Positions 25,076 to 37,800 of a DNA stretch of 64,000 nt are shown in pieces. This DNA comes from Eledone cirrhosa (Eukaryota). Under the pieces are notes generated by a model that was given only the letters and a program-made list of their open reading frames with translations, was not told the origin of the DNA and did not search any database. The first letter of the stretch is position 1. Each line of letters starts with the position of its first letter. The position numbers and the translations under genes are program-made. The DNA lies in NCBI GenBank assembly GCA_964016885.1, contig OZ024756.1, positions 10,912,001 to 10,976,000 on the forward strand, in the 5' to 3' direction.

Positions 25076-28000
25076 TAGCGTTAAATTTTCCCTGCTGTAT
25101 TAGCGATAAATTTTCGAGGGTTTCTCTTAGTAGCTTTTTCATGTCGTTAATATTATGATGTTCCCTGCTGTATTAGCGTTAAATTTTCCCTGCTATATTA
25201 GCGATAAATTTTCGAGGGTTTCTCTTAGTAGCTTTTTCATGTCGTTAATATGATGTTCCCTGCTGTATTAGCGTTAAATTTTCCCTGCTGTATTAGCGAT
25301 AAATTTTCGAGGGTTTCTCTTAGTAGCTTTTTTCATGACGTTATTATTGTTAATTTTACTGATGTAGTATTAACTTATTAACTTGGATATTTACCATGCG
25401 GTATTCTAATCCTATTGTATCTCTCTCAGTTATTTACCATGTGACCCTCAGTTCCTACCCCCCCCTCTATGCACTTCTTTAAGGCTTACTACCCTGTCTT
25501 TAACCTAATTCATTCAATCTGAAAATATTGAAGAGATAAGACACTTTGCCATTCTTCTCTGCTAAAATGTACCACTAGAGATGATTCAATTTTCCCAGCC
25601 AGCCATCCACCTAATCTACGAAGGTATTTTAGCCTACATATTGTCGTTAATATTATGATGTTCCCTGCTGTATTAGCGTTAAATTTTCCCTGCTGTATTA
25701 GCGATAAATTTTCGAGGGTTTCTCTTAGTAGCTTTTTCATGTCGTTAATATTATGATGTTCCCTGCTGTATTAGCGTTAAATTTTCCCTGCTGTATTAGC
25801 GATAAATTTTCGAGGGTTTCTCTTAGTAGCTTTTTCATGTCGTTAATATGATGTTCCCTGCTGTATTAGCGTTAAATTTTCCCTGCTGTATTAGCGATAA
25901 ATTTTCGAGGGTTTCTCTTAGTAGCTTTTTCATGTCGTTAATATGATGTTCCCTGCTGTATTAGCGTTAAATTTTCCCTGCTGTATTAGCGATAAATTTT
26001 CGAGGGTTTCTCTTAGTAGCTTTTTTCATGACGTTATTATTGTTAATTTTACTGATGTAGTATTAACTTATTAACTTGGATATTTACCATGCGGTATTCT
26101 AATCCTATTGTATCTCTCTCAGTTATTTACCATGTGACCCTCAGTTCCTACCCCCCCCTCTATGCACTTCTTTAAGGCTTACTACCCTGTCTTTAACCTA
26201 ATTCATTCAATCTGAAAATATTGAAGAGATAAGACACTTTGCCATTCTTCTCTGCTAAAATGTACCACTAGAGATGATTCAATTTTCCCAGCCAGCCATC
26301 CACCTAATCTACGAAGGTATTTTAGCCTACATATTGTCGTTAATATTATGATGTTCCCTGCTGTATTAGCGTTAAATTTTCCCTGCTGTATTAGCGATAA
26401 ATTTTCGAGGGTTTCTCTCTTAGTAGCTTTTTCATGTCGTTAATATTATGATGTTCCCTGCTGTATTAGCGTTAAATTTTCCCTGCTGTATTAGCGATAA
26501 ATTTTCGAGGGTTTCTCTTAGTAGCTTTTTCATGTCGTTAATATGATGTTCCCTGCTGTATTAGCGTTAAATTTTCCCTGCTGTATTAGCGATAAATTTT
26601 CGAGGGTTTCTCTTAGTAGCTTTTTCATGTCGTTAATATGATGTTCCCTGCTGTATTAGCGTTAAATTTTCCCTGCTGTATTAGCGATAAATTTTCGAGG
26701 GTTTCTCTTAGTAGCTTTTTCATGTCGTTAATATTATGATGTTCCCTGCTGTATTAGCGTTAAATTTTCCCTGCTGTATTAGCGATAAATTTTCGAGGGT
26801 TTCTCTTAGTAGCTTTTTCATGTCGTTAATATGATGTTCCCTGCTGTATTAGCGTTAAATTTTCCCTGCTGTATTAGCGATAAATTTTCGAGGGTTTCTC
26901 TTAGTAGCTTTTTCATGTCGTTAATATGATGTTCCCTGCTGTATTAGCGTTAAATTTTCCCTGCTGTATTAGCGATAAATTTTCGAGGGTTTCTCTTAGT
27001 AGCTTTTTCATGTCGTTAATATGATGTTCCCTGCTGTATTAGCGTTAAATTTTCCCTGCTGTATTAGCGATAAATTTTCGAGGGTTTCTCTTAGTAGCTT
27101 TTTTCATGACGTTATTATTGTTAATTTTACTGATGTAGTATTAACTTATTAACTTGGATATTTACCATGCGGTATTCTAATCCTATTGTATCTCTCTCAG
27201 TTATTTACCATGTGACCCTCAGTTCCTACCCCCCCCCTCTATGCACTTCTTTAAGGCTTACTACCCTGTCTTTAACCTAATTCATTCAATCTGAAAATAT
27301 TGAAGAGATAAGACACTTTGCCATTCTTCTCTGCTAAAATGTACCACTAGAGATGATTCAATTTTCCCAGCCAGCCATCCACCTAATCTACGAAGGTATT
27401 TTAGCCTACATATTGTCGTTAATATTATGATGTTCCCTGCTGTATTAGCGTTAAATTTTCCCTGCTGTATTAGCGATAAATTTTCGAGGGTTTCTCTTAG
27501 TAGCTTTTTCATGTCGTTAATATTATGATGTTCCCTGCTGTATTAGCGTTAAATTTTCCCTGCTGTATTAGCGATAAATTTTCGAGGGTTTCTCTTAGTA
27601 GCTTTTTCATGTCGTTAATATTATGATGTTCCCTGCTGTATTAGCGTTAAATTTTCCCTGCTGTATTAGCGATAAATTTTCGAGGGTTTCTCTTAGTAGC
27701 TTTTTCATGTCGTTAATATTATGATGTTCCCTGCTGTATTAGCGTTAAATTTTCCCTGCTGTATTAGCGATAAATTTTCGAGGGTTTCTCTTAGTAGCTT
27801 TTTCATGTCGTTAATATGATGTTCCCTGCTGTATTAGCGTTAAATTTTCCCTGCTGTATTAGCGATAAATTTTCGAGGGTTTCTCTTAGTAGCTTTTTCA
27901 TGTCGTTAATATGATGTTCCCTGCTGTATTAGCGTTAAATTTTCCCTGCTGTATTAGCGATAAATTTTCGAGGGTTTCTCTTAGTAGCTTTTTCATGTCG

Positions 28001-31000
28001 TTAATATGATGTTCCCTGCTGTATTAGCGTTAAATTTTCCCTGCTGTATTAGCGATAAATTTTCGAGGGTTTCTCTTAGTAGCTTTTTCATGTCGTTAAT
28101 ATGATGTTCCCTGCTGTATTAGCGTTAAATTTTCCCTGCTGTATTAGCGATAAATTTTCGAGGGTTTCTCTTAGTAGCTTTTTCATGTCGTTAATATGAT
28201 GTTCCCTGCTGTATTAGCGTTAAATTTTCCCTGCTGTATTAGCGATAAATTTTCGAGGGTTTCTCTTAGTAGCTTTTTCATGTCGTTAATATGATGTTCC
28301 CTGCTGTATTAGCGTTAAATTTTCCCTGCTGTATTAGCGATAAATTTTCGAGGGTTTCTCTTAGTAGCTTTTTCATGTCGTTAATATGATGTTCCCTGCT
28401 GTATTAGCGTTAAATTTTCCCTGCTGTATTAGCGATAAATTTTCGAGGGTTTCTCTTAGTAGCTTTTTCATGTCGTTAATATGATGTTCCCTGCTGTATT
28501 AGCGTTAAATTTTCCCTGCTGTATTAGCGATAAATTTTCGAGGGTTTCTCTTAGTAGCTTTTTCATGTCGTTAATATGATGTTCCCTGCTGTATTAGCGT
28601 TAAATTTTCCCTGCTGTATTAGCGATAAATTTTCGAGGGTTTCTCTTAGTAGCTTTTTTCATGACGTTATTATTGTTAATTTTACTGATGTAGTATTAAC
28701 TTATTAACTTGGATATTTACCATGCGGTATTCTAATCCTATTGTATCTCTCTCAGTTATTTACCATGTGACCCTCAGTTCCTACCCCCCCCTCTATGCAC
28801 TTCTTTAAGGCTTACTACCCTGTCTTTAACCTAATTCATTCAATCTGAAAATATTGAAGAGATAAGACACTTTGCCATTCTTCTCTGCTAAAATGTACCA
28901 CTAGAGATGATTCAATTTTCCCAGCCAGCCATCCACCTAATCTACGAAGGTATTTTAGCCTACATATTGTCGTTAATATTATGATGTTCCCTGCTGTATT
29001 AGCGTTAAATTTTCCCTGCTGTATTAGCGATAAATTTTCGAGGGTTTCTCTCTTAGTAGCTTTTTCATGTCGTTAATATTATGATGTTCCCTGCTGTATT
29101 AGCGTTAAATTTTCCCTGCTGTATTAGCGATAAATTTTCGAGGGTTTCTCTTAGTAGCTTTTTCATGTCGTTAATATGATGTTCCCTGCTGTATTAGCGT
29201 TAAATTTTCCCTGCTGTATTAGCGATAAATTTTCGAGGGTTTCTCTTAGTAGCTTTTTCATGTCGTTAATATGATGTTCCCTGCTGTATTAGCGTTAAAT
29301 TTTCCCTGCTGTATTAGCGATAAATTTTCGAGGGTTTCTCTTAGTAGCTTTTTCATGTCGTTAATATTATGATGTTCCCTGCTGTATTAGCGTTAAATTT
29401 TCCCTGCTGTATTAGCGATAAATTTTCGAGGGTTTCTCTTAGTAGCTTTTTCATGTCGTTAATATGATGTTCCCTGCTGTATTAGCGTTAAATTTTCCCT
29501 GCTGTATTAGCGATAAATTTTCGAGGGTTTCTCTTAGTAGCTTTTTTCATGACGTTATTATTGTTAATTTTACTGATGTAGTATTAACTTATTAACTTGG
29601 ATATTTACCATGCGGTATTCTAATCCTATTGTATCTCTCTCAGTTATTTACCATGTGACCCTCAGTTCCTACCCCCCCCTCTATGCACTTCTTTAAGGCT
29701 TACTACCCTGTCTTTAACCTAATTCATTCAATCTGAAAATATTGAAGAGATAAGACACTTTGCCATTCTTCTCTGCTAAAATGTACCACTAGAGATGATT
29801 CAATTTTCCCAGCCAGCCATCCACCTAATCTACGAAGGTATTTTAGCCTACATATTGTCGTTAATATTATGATGTTCCCTGCTGTATTAGCGTTAAATTT
29901 TCCCTGCTGTATTAGCGATAAATTTTCGAGGGTTTCTCTCTTAGTAGCTTTTTCATGTCGTTAATATTATGATGTTCCCTGCTGTATTAGCGTTAAATTT
30001 TCCCTGCTGTATTAGCGATAAATTTTCGAGGGTTTCTCTTAGTAGCTTTTTCATGTCGTTAATATGATGTTCCCTGCTGTATTAGCGTTAAATTTTCCCT
30101 GCTGTATTAGCGATAAATTTTCGAGGGTTTCTCTTAGTAGCTTTTTCATGTCGTTAATATGATGTTCCCTGCTGTATTAGCGTTAAATTTTCCCTGCTGT
30201 ATTAGCGATAAATTTTCGAGGGTTTCTCTTAGTAGCTTTTTCATGTCGTTAATATTATGATGTTCCCTGCTGTATTAGCGTTAAATTTTCCCTGCTGTAT
30301 TAGCGATAAATTTTCGAGGGTTTCTCTTAGTAGCTTTTTCATGTCGTTAATATGATGTTCCCTGCTGTATTAGCGTTAAATTTTCCCTGCTGTATTAGCG
30401 ATAAATTTTCGAGGGTTTCTCTTAGTAGCTTTTTCATGTCGTTAATATGATGTTCCCTGCTGTATTAGCGTTAAATTTTCCCTGCTGTATTAGCGATAAA
30501 TTTTCGAGGGTTTCTCTTAGTAGCTTTTTCATGTCGTTAATATGATGTTCCCTGCTGTATTAGCGTTAAATTTTCCCTGCTGTATTAGCGATAAATTTTC
30601 GAGGGTTTCTCTTAGTAGCTTTTTTCATGACGTTATTATTGTTAATTTTACTGATGTAGTATTAACTTATTAACTTGGATATTTACCATGCGGTATTCTA
30701 ATCCTATTGTATCTCTCTCAGTTATTTACCATGTGACCCTCAGTTCCTACCCCCCCCCCCTCTATGCACTTCTTTAAGGCTTACTACCCTGTCTTTAACC
30801 TAATTCATTCAATCTGAAAATATTGAAGAGATAAGACACTTTGCCATTCTTCTCTGCTAAAATGTACCACTAGAGATGATTCAATTTTCCCAGCCAGCCA
30901 TCCACCTAATCTACGAAGGTATTTTAGCCTACATATTGTCGTTAATATTATGATGTTCCCTGCTGTATTAGCGTTAAATTTTCCCTGCTGTATTAGCGAT

Positions 31001-34000
31001 AAATTTTCGAGGGTTTCTCTTAGTAGCTTTTTCATGTCGTTAATATTATGATGTTCCCTGCTGTATTAGCGTTAAATTTTCCCTGCTGTATTAGCGATAA
31101 ATTTTCGAGGGTTTCTCTTAGTAGCTTTTTCATGTCGTTAATATTATGATGTTCCCTGCTGTATTAGCGTTAAATTTTCCCTGCTGTATTAGCGATAAAT
31201 TTTCGAGGGTTTCTCTTAGTAGCTTTTTCATGTCGTTAATATTATGATGTTCCCTGCTGTATTAGCGTTAAATTTTCCCTGCTGTATTAGCGATAAATTT
31301 TCGAGGGTTTCTCTTAGTAGCTTTTTCATGTCGTTAATATGATGTTCCCTGCTGTATTAGCGTTAAATTTTCCCTGCTGTATTAGCGATAAATTTTCGAG
31401 GGTTTCTCTTAGTAGCTTTTTCATGTCGTTAATATGATGTTCCCTGCTGTATTAGCGTTAAATTTTCCCTGCTGTATTAGCGATAAATTTTCGAGGGTTT
31501 CTCTTAGTAGCTTTTTCATGTCGTTAATATGATGTTCCCTGCTGTATTAGCGTTAAATTTTCCCTGCTGTATTAGCGATAAATTTTCGAGGGTTTCTCTT
31601 AGTAGCTTTTTCATGTCGTTAATATGATGTTCCCTGCTGTATTAGCGTTAAATTTTCCCTGCTGTATTAGCGATAAATTTTCGAGGGTTTCTCTTAGTAG
31701 CTTTTTCATGTCGTTAATATGATGTTCCCTGCTGTATTAGCGTTAAATTTTCCCTGCTGTATTAGCGATAAATTTTCGAGGGTTTCTCTTAGTAGCTTTT
31801 TCATGTCGTTAATATGATGTTCCCTGCTGTATTAGCGTTAAATTTTCCCTGCTGTATTAGCGATAAATTTTCGAGGGTTTCTCTTAGTAGCTTTTTCATG
31901 TCGTTAATATGATGTTCCCTGCTGTATTAGCGTTAAATTTTCCCTGCTGTATTAGCGATAAATTTTCGAGGGTTTCTCTTAGTAGCTTTTTCATGTCGTT
32001 AATATGATGTTCCCTGCTGTATTAGCGTTAAATTTTCCCTGCTGTATTAGCGATAAATTTTCGAGGGTTTCTCTTAGTAGCTTTTTCATGTCGTTAATAT
32101 GATGTTCCCTGCTGTATTAGCGTTAAATTTTCCCTGCTGTATTAGCGATAAATTTTCGAGGGTTTCTCTTAGTAGCTTTTTTCATGACGTTATTATTGTT
32201 AATTTTACTGATGTAGTATTAACTTATTAACTTGGATATTTACCATGCGGTATTCTAATCCTATTGTATCTCTCTCAGTTATTTACCATGTGACCCTCAG
32301 TTCCTACCCCCCCCTCTATGCACTTCTTTAAGGCTTACTACCCTGTCTTTAACCTAATTCATTCAATCTGAAAATATTGAAGAGATAAGACACTTTGCCA
32401 TTCTTCTCTGCTAAAATGTACCACTAGAGATGATTCAATTTTCCCAGCCAGCCATCCACCTAATCTACGAAGGTATTTTAGCCTACATATTGTCGTTAAT
32501 ATTATGATGTTCCCTGCTGTATTAGCGTTAAATTTTCCCTGCTGTATTAGCGATAAATTTTCGAGGGTTTCTCTCTTAGTAGCTTTTTCATGTCGTTAAT
32601 ATTATGATGTTCCCTGCTGTATTAGCGTTAAATTTTCCCTGCTGTATTAGCGATAAATTTTCGAGGGTTTCTCTTAGTAGCTTTTTCATGTCGTTAATAT
32701 GATGTTCCCTGCTGTATTAGCGTTAAATTTTCCCTGCTGTATTAGCGATAAATTTTCGAGGGTTTCTCTTAGTAGCTTTTTCATGTCGTTAATATGATGT
32801 TCCCTGCTGTATTAGCGTTAAATTTTCCCTGCTGTATTAGCGATAAATTTTCGAGGGTTTCTCTTAGTAGCTTTTTCATGTCGTTAATATTATGATGTTC
32901 CCTGCTGTATTAGCGTTAAATTTTCCCTGCTGTATTAGCGATAAATTTTCGAGGGTTTCTCTTAGTAGCTTTTTCATGTCGTTAATATGATGTTCCCTGC
33001 TGTATTAGCGTTAAATTTTCCCTGCTGTATTAGCGATAAATTTTCGAGGGTTTCTCTTAGTAGCTTTTTCATGTCGTTAATATGATGTTCCCTGCTGTAT
33101 TAGCGTTAAATTTTCCCTGCTGTATTAGCGATAAATTTTCGAGGGTTTCTCTTAGTAGCTTTTTCATGTCGTTAATATGATGTTCCCTGCTGTATTAGCG
33201 TTAAATTTTCCCTGCTGTATTAGCGATAAATTTTCGAGGGTTTCTCTTAGTAGCTTTTTTCATGACGTTATTATTGTTAATTTTACTGATGTAGTATTAA
33301 CTTATTAACTTGGATATTTACCATGCGGTATTCTAATCCTATTGTATCTCTCTCAGTTATTTACCATGTGACCCTCAGTTCCTACCCCCCCCCTCTATGC
33401 ACTTCTTTAAGGCTTACTACCCTGTCTTTAACCTAATTCATTCAATCTGAAAATATTGAAGAGATAAGACACTTTGCCATTCTTCTCTGCTAAAATGTAC
33501 CACTAGAGATGATTCAATTTTCCCAGCCAGCCATCCACCTAATCTACGAAGGTATTTTAGCCTACATATTGTCGTTAATATTATGATGTTCCCTGCTGTA
33601 TTAGCGTTAAATTTTCCCTGCTGTATTAGCGATAAATTTTCGAGGGTTTCTCTTAGTAGCTTTTTCATGTCGTTAATATTATGATGTTCCCTGCTGTATT
33701 AGCGTTAAATTTTCCCTGCTGTATTAGCGATAAATTTTCGAGGGTTTCTCTTAGTAGCTTTTTCATGTCGTTAATATTATGATGTTCCCTGCTGTATTAG
33801 CGTTAAATTTTCCCTGCTGTATTAGCGATAAATTTTCGAGGGTTTCTCTTAGTAGCTTTTTCATGTCGTTAATATTATGATGTTCCCTGCTGTATTAGCG
33901 TTAAATTTTCCCTGCTGTATTAGCGATAAATTTTCGAGGGTTTCTCTTAGTAGCTTTTTCATGTCGTTAATATGATGTTCCCTGCTGTATTAGCGTTAAA

Positions 34001-34890
34001 TTTTCCCTGCTGTATTAGCGATAAATTTTCGAGGGTTTCTCTTAGTAGCTTTTTCATGTCGTTAATATGATGTTCCCTGCTGTATTAGCGTTAAATTTTC
34101 CCTGCTGTATTAGCGATAAATTTTCGAGGGTTTCTCTTAGTAGCTTTTTCATGTCGTTAATATGATGTTCCCTGCTGTATTAGCGTTAAATTTTCCCTGC
34201 TGTATTAGCGATAAATTTTCGAGGGTTTCTCTTAGTAGCTTTTTCATGTCGTTAATATGATGTTCCCTGCTGTATTAGCGTTAAATTTTCCCTGCTGTAT
34301 TAGCGATAAATTTTCGAGGGTTTCTCTTAGTAGCTTTTTCATGTCGTTAATATGATGTTCCCTGCTGTATTAGCGTTAAATTTTCCCTGCTGTATTAGCG
34401 ATAAATTTTCGAGGGTTTCTCTTAGTAGCTTTTTCATGTCGTTAATATGATGTTCCCTGCTGTATTAGCGTTAAATTTTCCCTGCTGTATTAGCGATAAA
34501 TTTTCGAGGGTTTCTCTTAGTAGCTTTTTCATGTCGTTAATATGATGTTCCCTGCTGTATTAGCGTTAAATTTTCCCTGCTGTATTAGCGATAAATTTTC
34601 GAGGGTTTCTCTTAGTAGCTTTTTCATGTCGTTAATATGATGTTCCCTGCTGTATTAGCGTTAAATTTTCCCTGCTGTATTAGCGATAAATTTTCGAGGG
34701 TTTCTCTTAGTAGCTTTTTCATGTCGTTAATATGATGTTCCCTGCTGTATTAGCGTTAAATTTTCCCTGCTGTATTAGCGATAAATTTTCGAGGGTTTCT
34801 CTTAGTAGCTTTTTTTCATGACGTTATTATTGTTAATTTTACTGATGTAGTATTAACTTGGATATTTACCATGCGACCCTCAGTTCCTAC
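25076..34890 (+). repeat. ~9.8-kb higher-order tandem array: 95/98/100-bp monomers punctuated by a ~306-bp spacer
   Basis: Spacers start at 25337, 26030, 27108, 28663, 29551, 30629, 32186, 33264 and 34820, separated by 4, 8, 13, 6, 8, 13, 8 and 13 monomers. Each monomer contains two 25-bp subrepeats (TTCCCTGCTGTATTAGCG.TAAATT). Confidence 0.97.
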
Positions 34891-37800
34891 CTCACAATTT
34901 CCCTCCCCCCCACCCCCACACACCACCATAGTCTATTCGACCAATCAAACCTAGCATGCCATTTCCACTGCTGCTGCTGCTGCTACTACCTGCCTAACTA
35001 ACTCTCTCCTCCTCTGGCGCATCCCAACACACCCTGCCATTACCCCACCACCACTGTCCTTCTAGCCCTCAATTTTCACCGTTAGGGATGGATGAGCTGG
35101 GAATACACGAGCAACTCTGAATCAATAGATGAAATATGAATCTGCGAGCTACCAAGCACCCACGTGAAGCGCCAACCCAGAGACCCTCCCCTACGAGTGT
35201 CGACAAATGCCCAAAACTCCGAGTTGGTACCATCAATGTAGGCTCAATGAAAGGAAGAGCAGGAGAAATCGTAGAAATGCTAGAGCGAAAGGAAGTTGAT
35301 GTATGTTGTGTGCAAGAGACTAGATGGAGAGGAGGGTCTGCTAGAGTCCTTGTAGGAAAAAGCCAGTGCTACAAATTTTTCTGGGTGGGAAATGACGATG
35401 GGATGGGTGGTGTAGGTATACTATTAGCTGACAAGTGGGTAGATAAAGTAATCTCAGTGTACAGGGTAAATGCAAGAATCATTAAACTCAGACTAGTCCT
35501 GAATAAGACAATTACCACAATAATATCAGCTTACGCACCCCAATCGGGGCTGCCAGACGAACTTAAGGATAGGTTTTACGAGTCCCTAATACACACTACT
35601 GCTCTAACAGACGACAAGGACTTCCTAATCATTGCAGGAGATTTTAACGGACACGTAGGTAAACACTGCGACGGCTTCAATAGAGTACATGGAGGCCATG
35701 GAGTTGGCACAAGGAATGAGGAAGGATTCAGACTTCTAGAATTCTGCGACGCCAATGACATGTCGATATGTAACACAAACTTTAAAAAACCCGACAACCA
35801 CCTGATCACCTATAGATCAGGGGAGCACTCTAGTCAGTTAGATTTTATCCTCATCAGAGGACGTGACAGATGGACGGTCGTAAACACAAAAGCCTTCCCT
35901 AGTGAGGAATGTACATCCCAACATAGCTTAGTTGTCAGCGACCTCACGGTCAGAACTAGACGAGCCCTGAAACAGAGGCCAACCTGGAGAAGAAAGATCT
36001 GGAAGCTGAAAGTCCCCTCAACCAGTAACAGATTTAAAGATATTTTACTCAACGCCTACGACAGTAAAGAAGAACAGATAGAGACATTTAACGTAGAAGA
36101 GAACTGGGAGTTCCTAAAAAATAACTTACTAGAGGCGACGGATGAGGTTTGTGGCTGGAGTAAGACCTCAAGCAGGAGGAGAGTGACTTGGTGGTGGAAC
36201 AATAAGGTAGATGAAGCAGTCAAGGCCAAGAGACAGGCATGGAAAGAATGGAAGAACGGGGGGAGCAGGGTACATTACATAGAGACCAAGAGGGAAGCTA
36301 GGCGACAAGTATACTTAGCTAGGAGGGAAGCAGAGGATAGAAAATTCAAGCATGTTTTACAACGTGAGGACCAGAAACAGGAGGTATTCAAGATTGCGAG
36401 GCAGTGTGTCAGAGATAGTTGTGATGTCATTGGAGAGAAGTGTATCCGGAATGATAAAGGTGAGCTTGCCCTCACAAGTGCTGAGAAGAAAGATGCATGG
36501 AAGAGTCATTATGATAGATTACTAAATGAGGAGAATGCATGGGAAGAAGAGACCCTACCCCACGTAGACCCTATAGAGGGACCAGCAGTACAAGTCAGCG
36601 GCAGCGTAGTAAGTAAGGCAATCAGAGATATGAAGATAGGGAAGGCAACCGGTCCATCGGGTATAGCTGCCGAGATGCTGAAGGCATCTGGGTCTGTAGG
36701 TCACACTATAACCACACGTATCGTTAACCAGGTAATACTAGAGGGGGCCATACCAAAAGATTGGTGCAGTAGCATCATTGTCAACTGCTACAAAGGTAAA
36801 GGCGATGCACTAGATAGAGGAAACTATAGAGGTATAAAGTTGATGGACCAGGTCATGAAAGTAACAGAAAGAGTTATAGCACAGCTGATTAGGGACCGGG
36901 TGAATATAGACGAGATGCAATTTGGGTTTGTTCCAGGGAAAGGCACCACTGATGCGCTCTTCCTTGTGAGGCAATTACAGGAAAAGTACCTAGCTAAAAG
37001 TAAGCCACTCTACTTGGCATTTGTCGACCTTGAGAAAGCCTTTGACAGAGTTCCACGTGCAGTAATCTGGTGGGCTCTTAGAAAACTAGGAGTAGATGAA
37101 TGGCTTGTGAAAGCGGTACAAGCCATGTATAGGGGAGCAGTCAGCAAAGTTAGGATTGGCAATGAGTATAGCGAGGAATTTAGCGTACAGGTTGGGGTCC
37201 ACCAGGGCTCTGTTCTTAGCCCTCTCCTGTTCATCATAGTCCTGCAGGCATTAACGGAGGAGTTTAAGACCGGATGCCCATGGGAACTCCTGTATGCTGA
37301 TGACCTCGCACTCATAGCTGAATCTATGGTAGAACTAGAGAATAAATTCCAAACCTGGAAGCAGGGACTAGAGAGAAAGGGCCTCAAAGTCAACATGACA
37401 AAGACTAAGGTCCTTATAAGTAGACGAGAAAACAGAACCCAGATCCCCTCAGGGAAATGGCCTTGCTCAGTATGTAGGAAAGGTGTAGGTAGGAACTCCA
37501 TTCTTTGCCCCAAATGCAAACAATGGGTACACAAGAGATGTAGCGGGATCTCAGGAAGCTTAATTAAGAATGTAGGATTCACATGCAGCAGCTGTGCTGA
37601 AACAGCAAGCAAACAGCCACAGGAAACAAGTACCACCAATCTCTGGGAGGGCCCTGTAGAAACAGTAGACAGCTTCTGCTACCTAGGTGACCGAATTAGC
37701 AACGGAGGTGGGTGCTCAGAAAGTACAATAACTAGGGTAAGAACGGGATGGAAGAAGTTTAGGGAACTACTACCACTGCTAGCTGCAAAAGGCTTCTCCC

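Noticed and set aside
25510-25740. Four identical 76-aa minus-strand ORFs (MKKLLRETLENL...)
   Set aside because: By-product of the array. The frame is broken in the other four spacer copies by a 2-bp insertion, and there is no recognisable domain.
25076-34890. CRISPR-like or RT-associated prokaryotic array (repeats + spacers next to a reverse transcriptase)
   Set aside because: The spacers are identical rather than unique, the repeats are 95 bp and contiguous, no cas genes are present, and the RT is a eukaryotic APE-type LINE.
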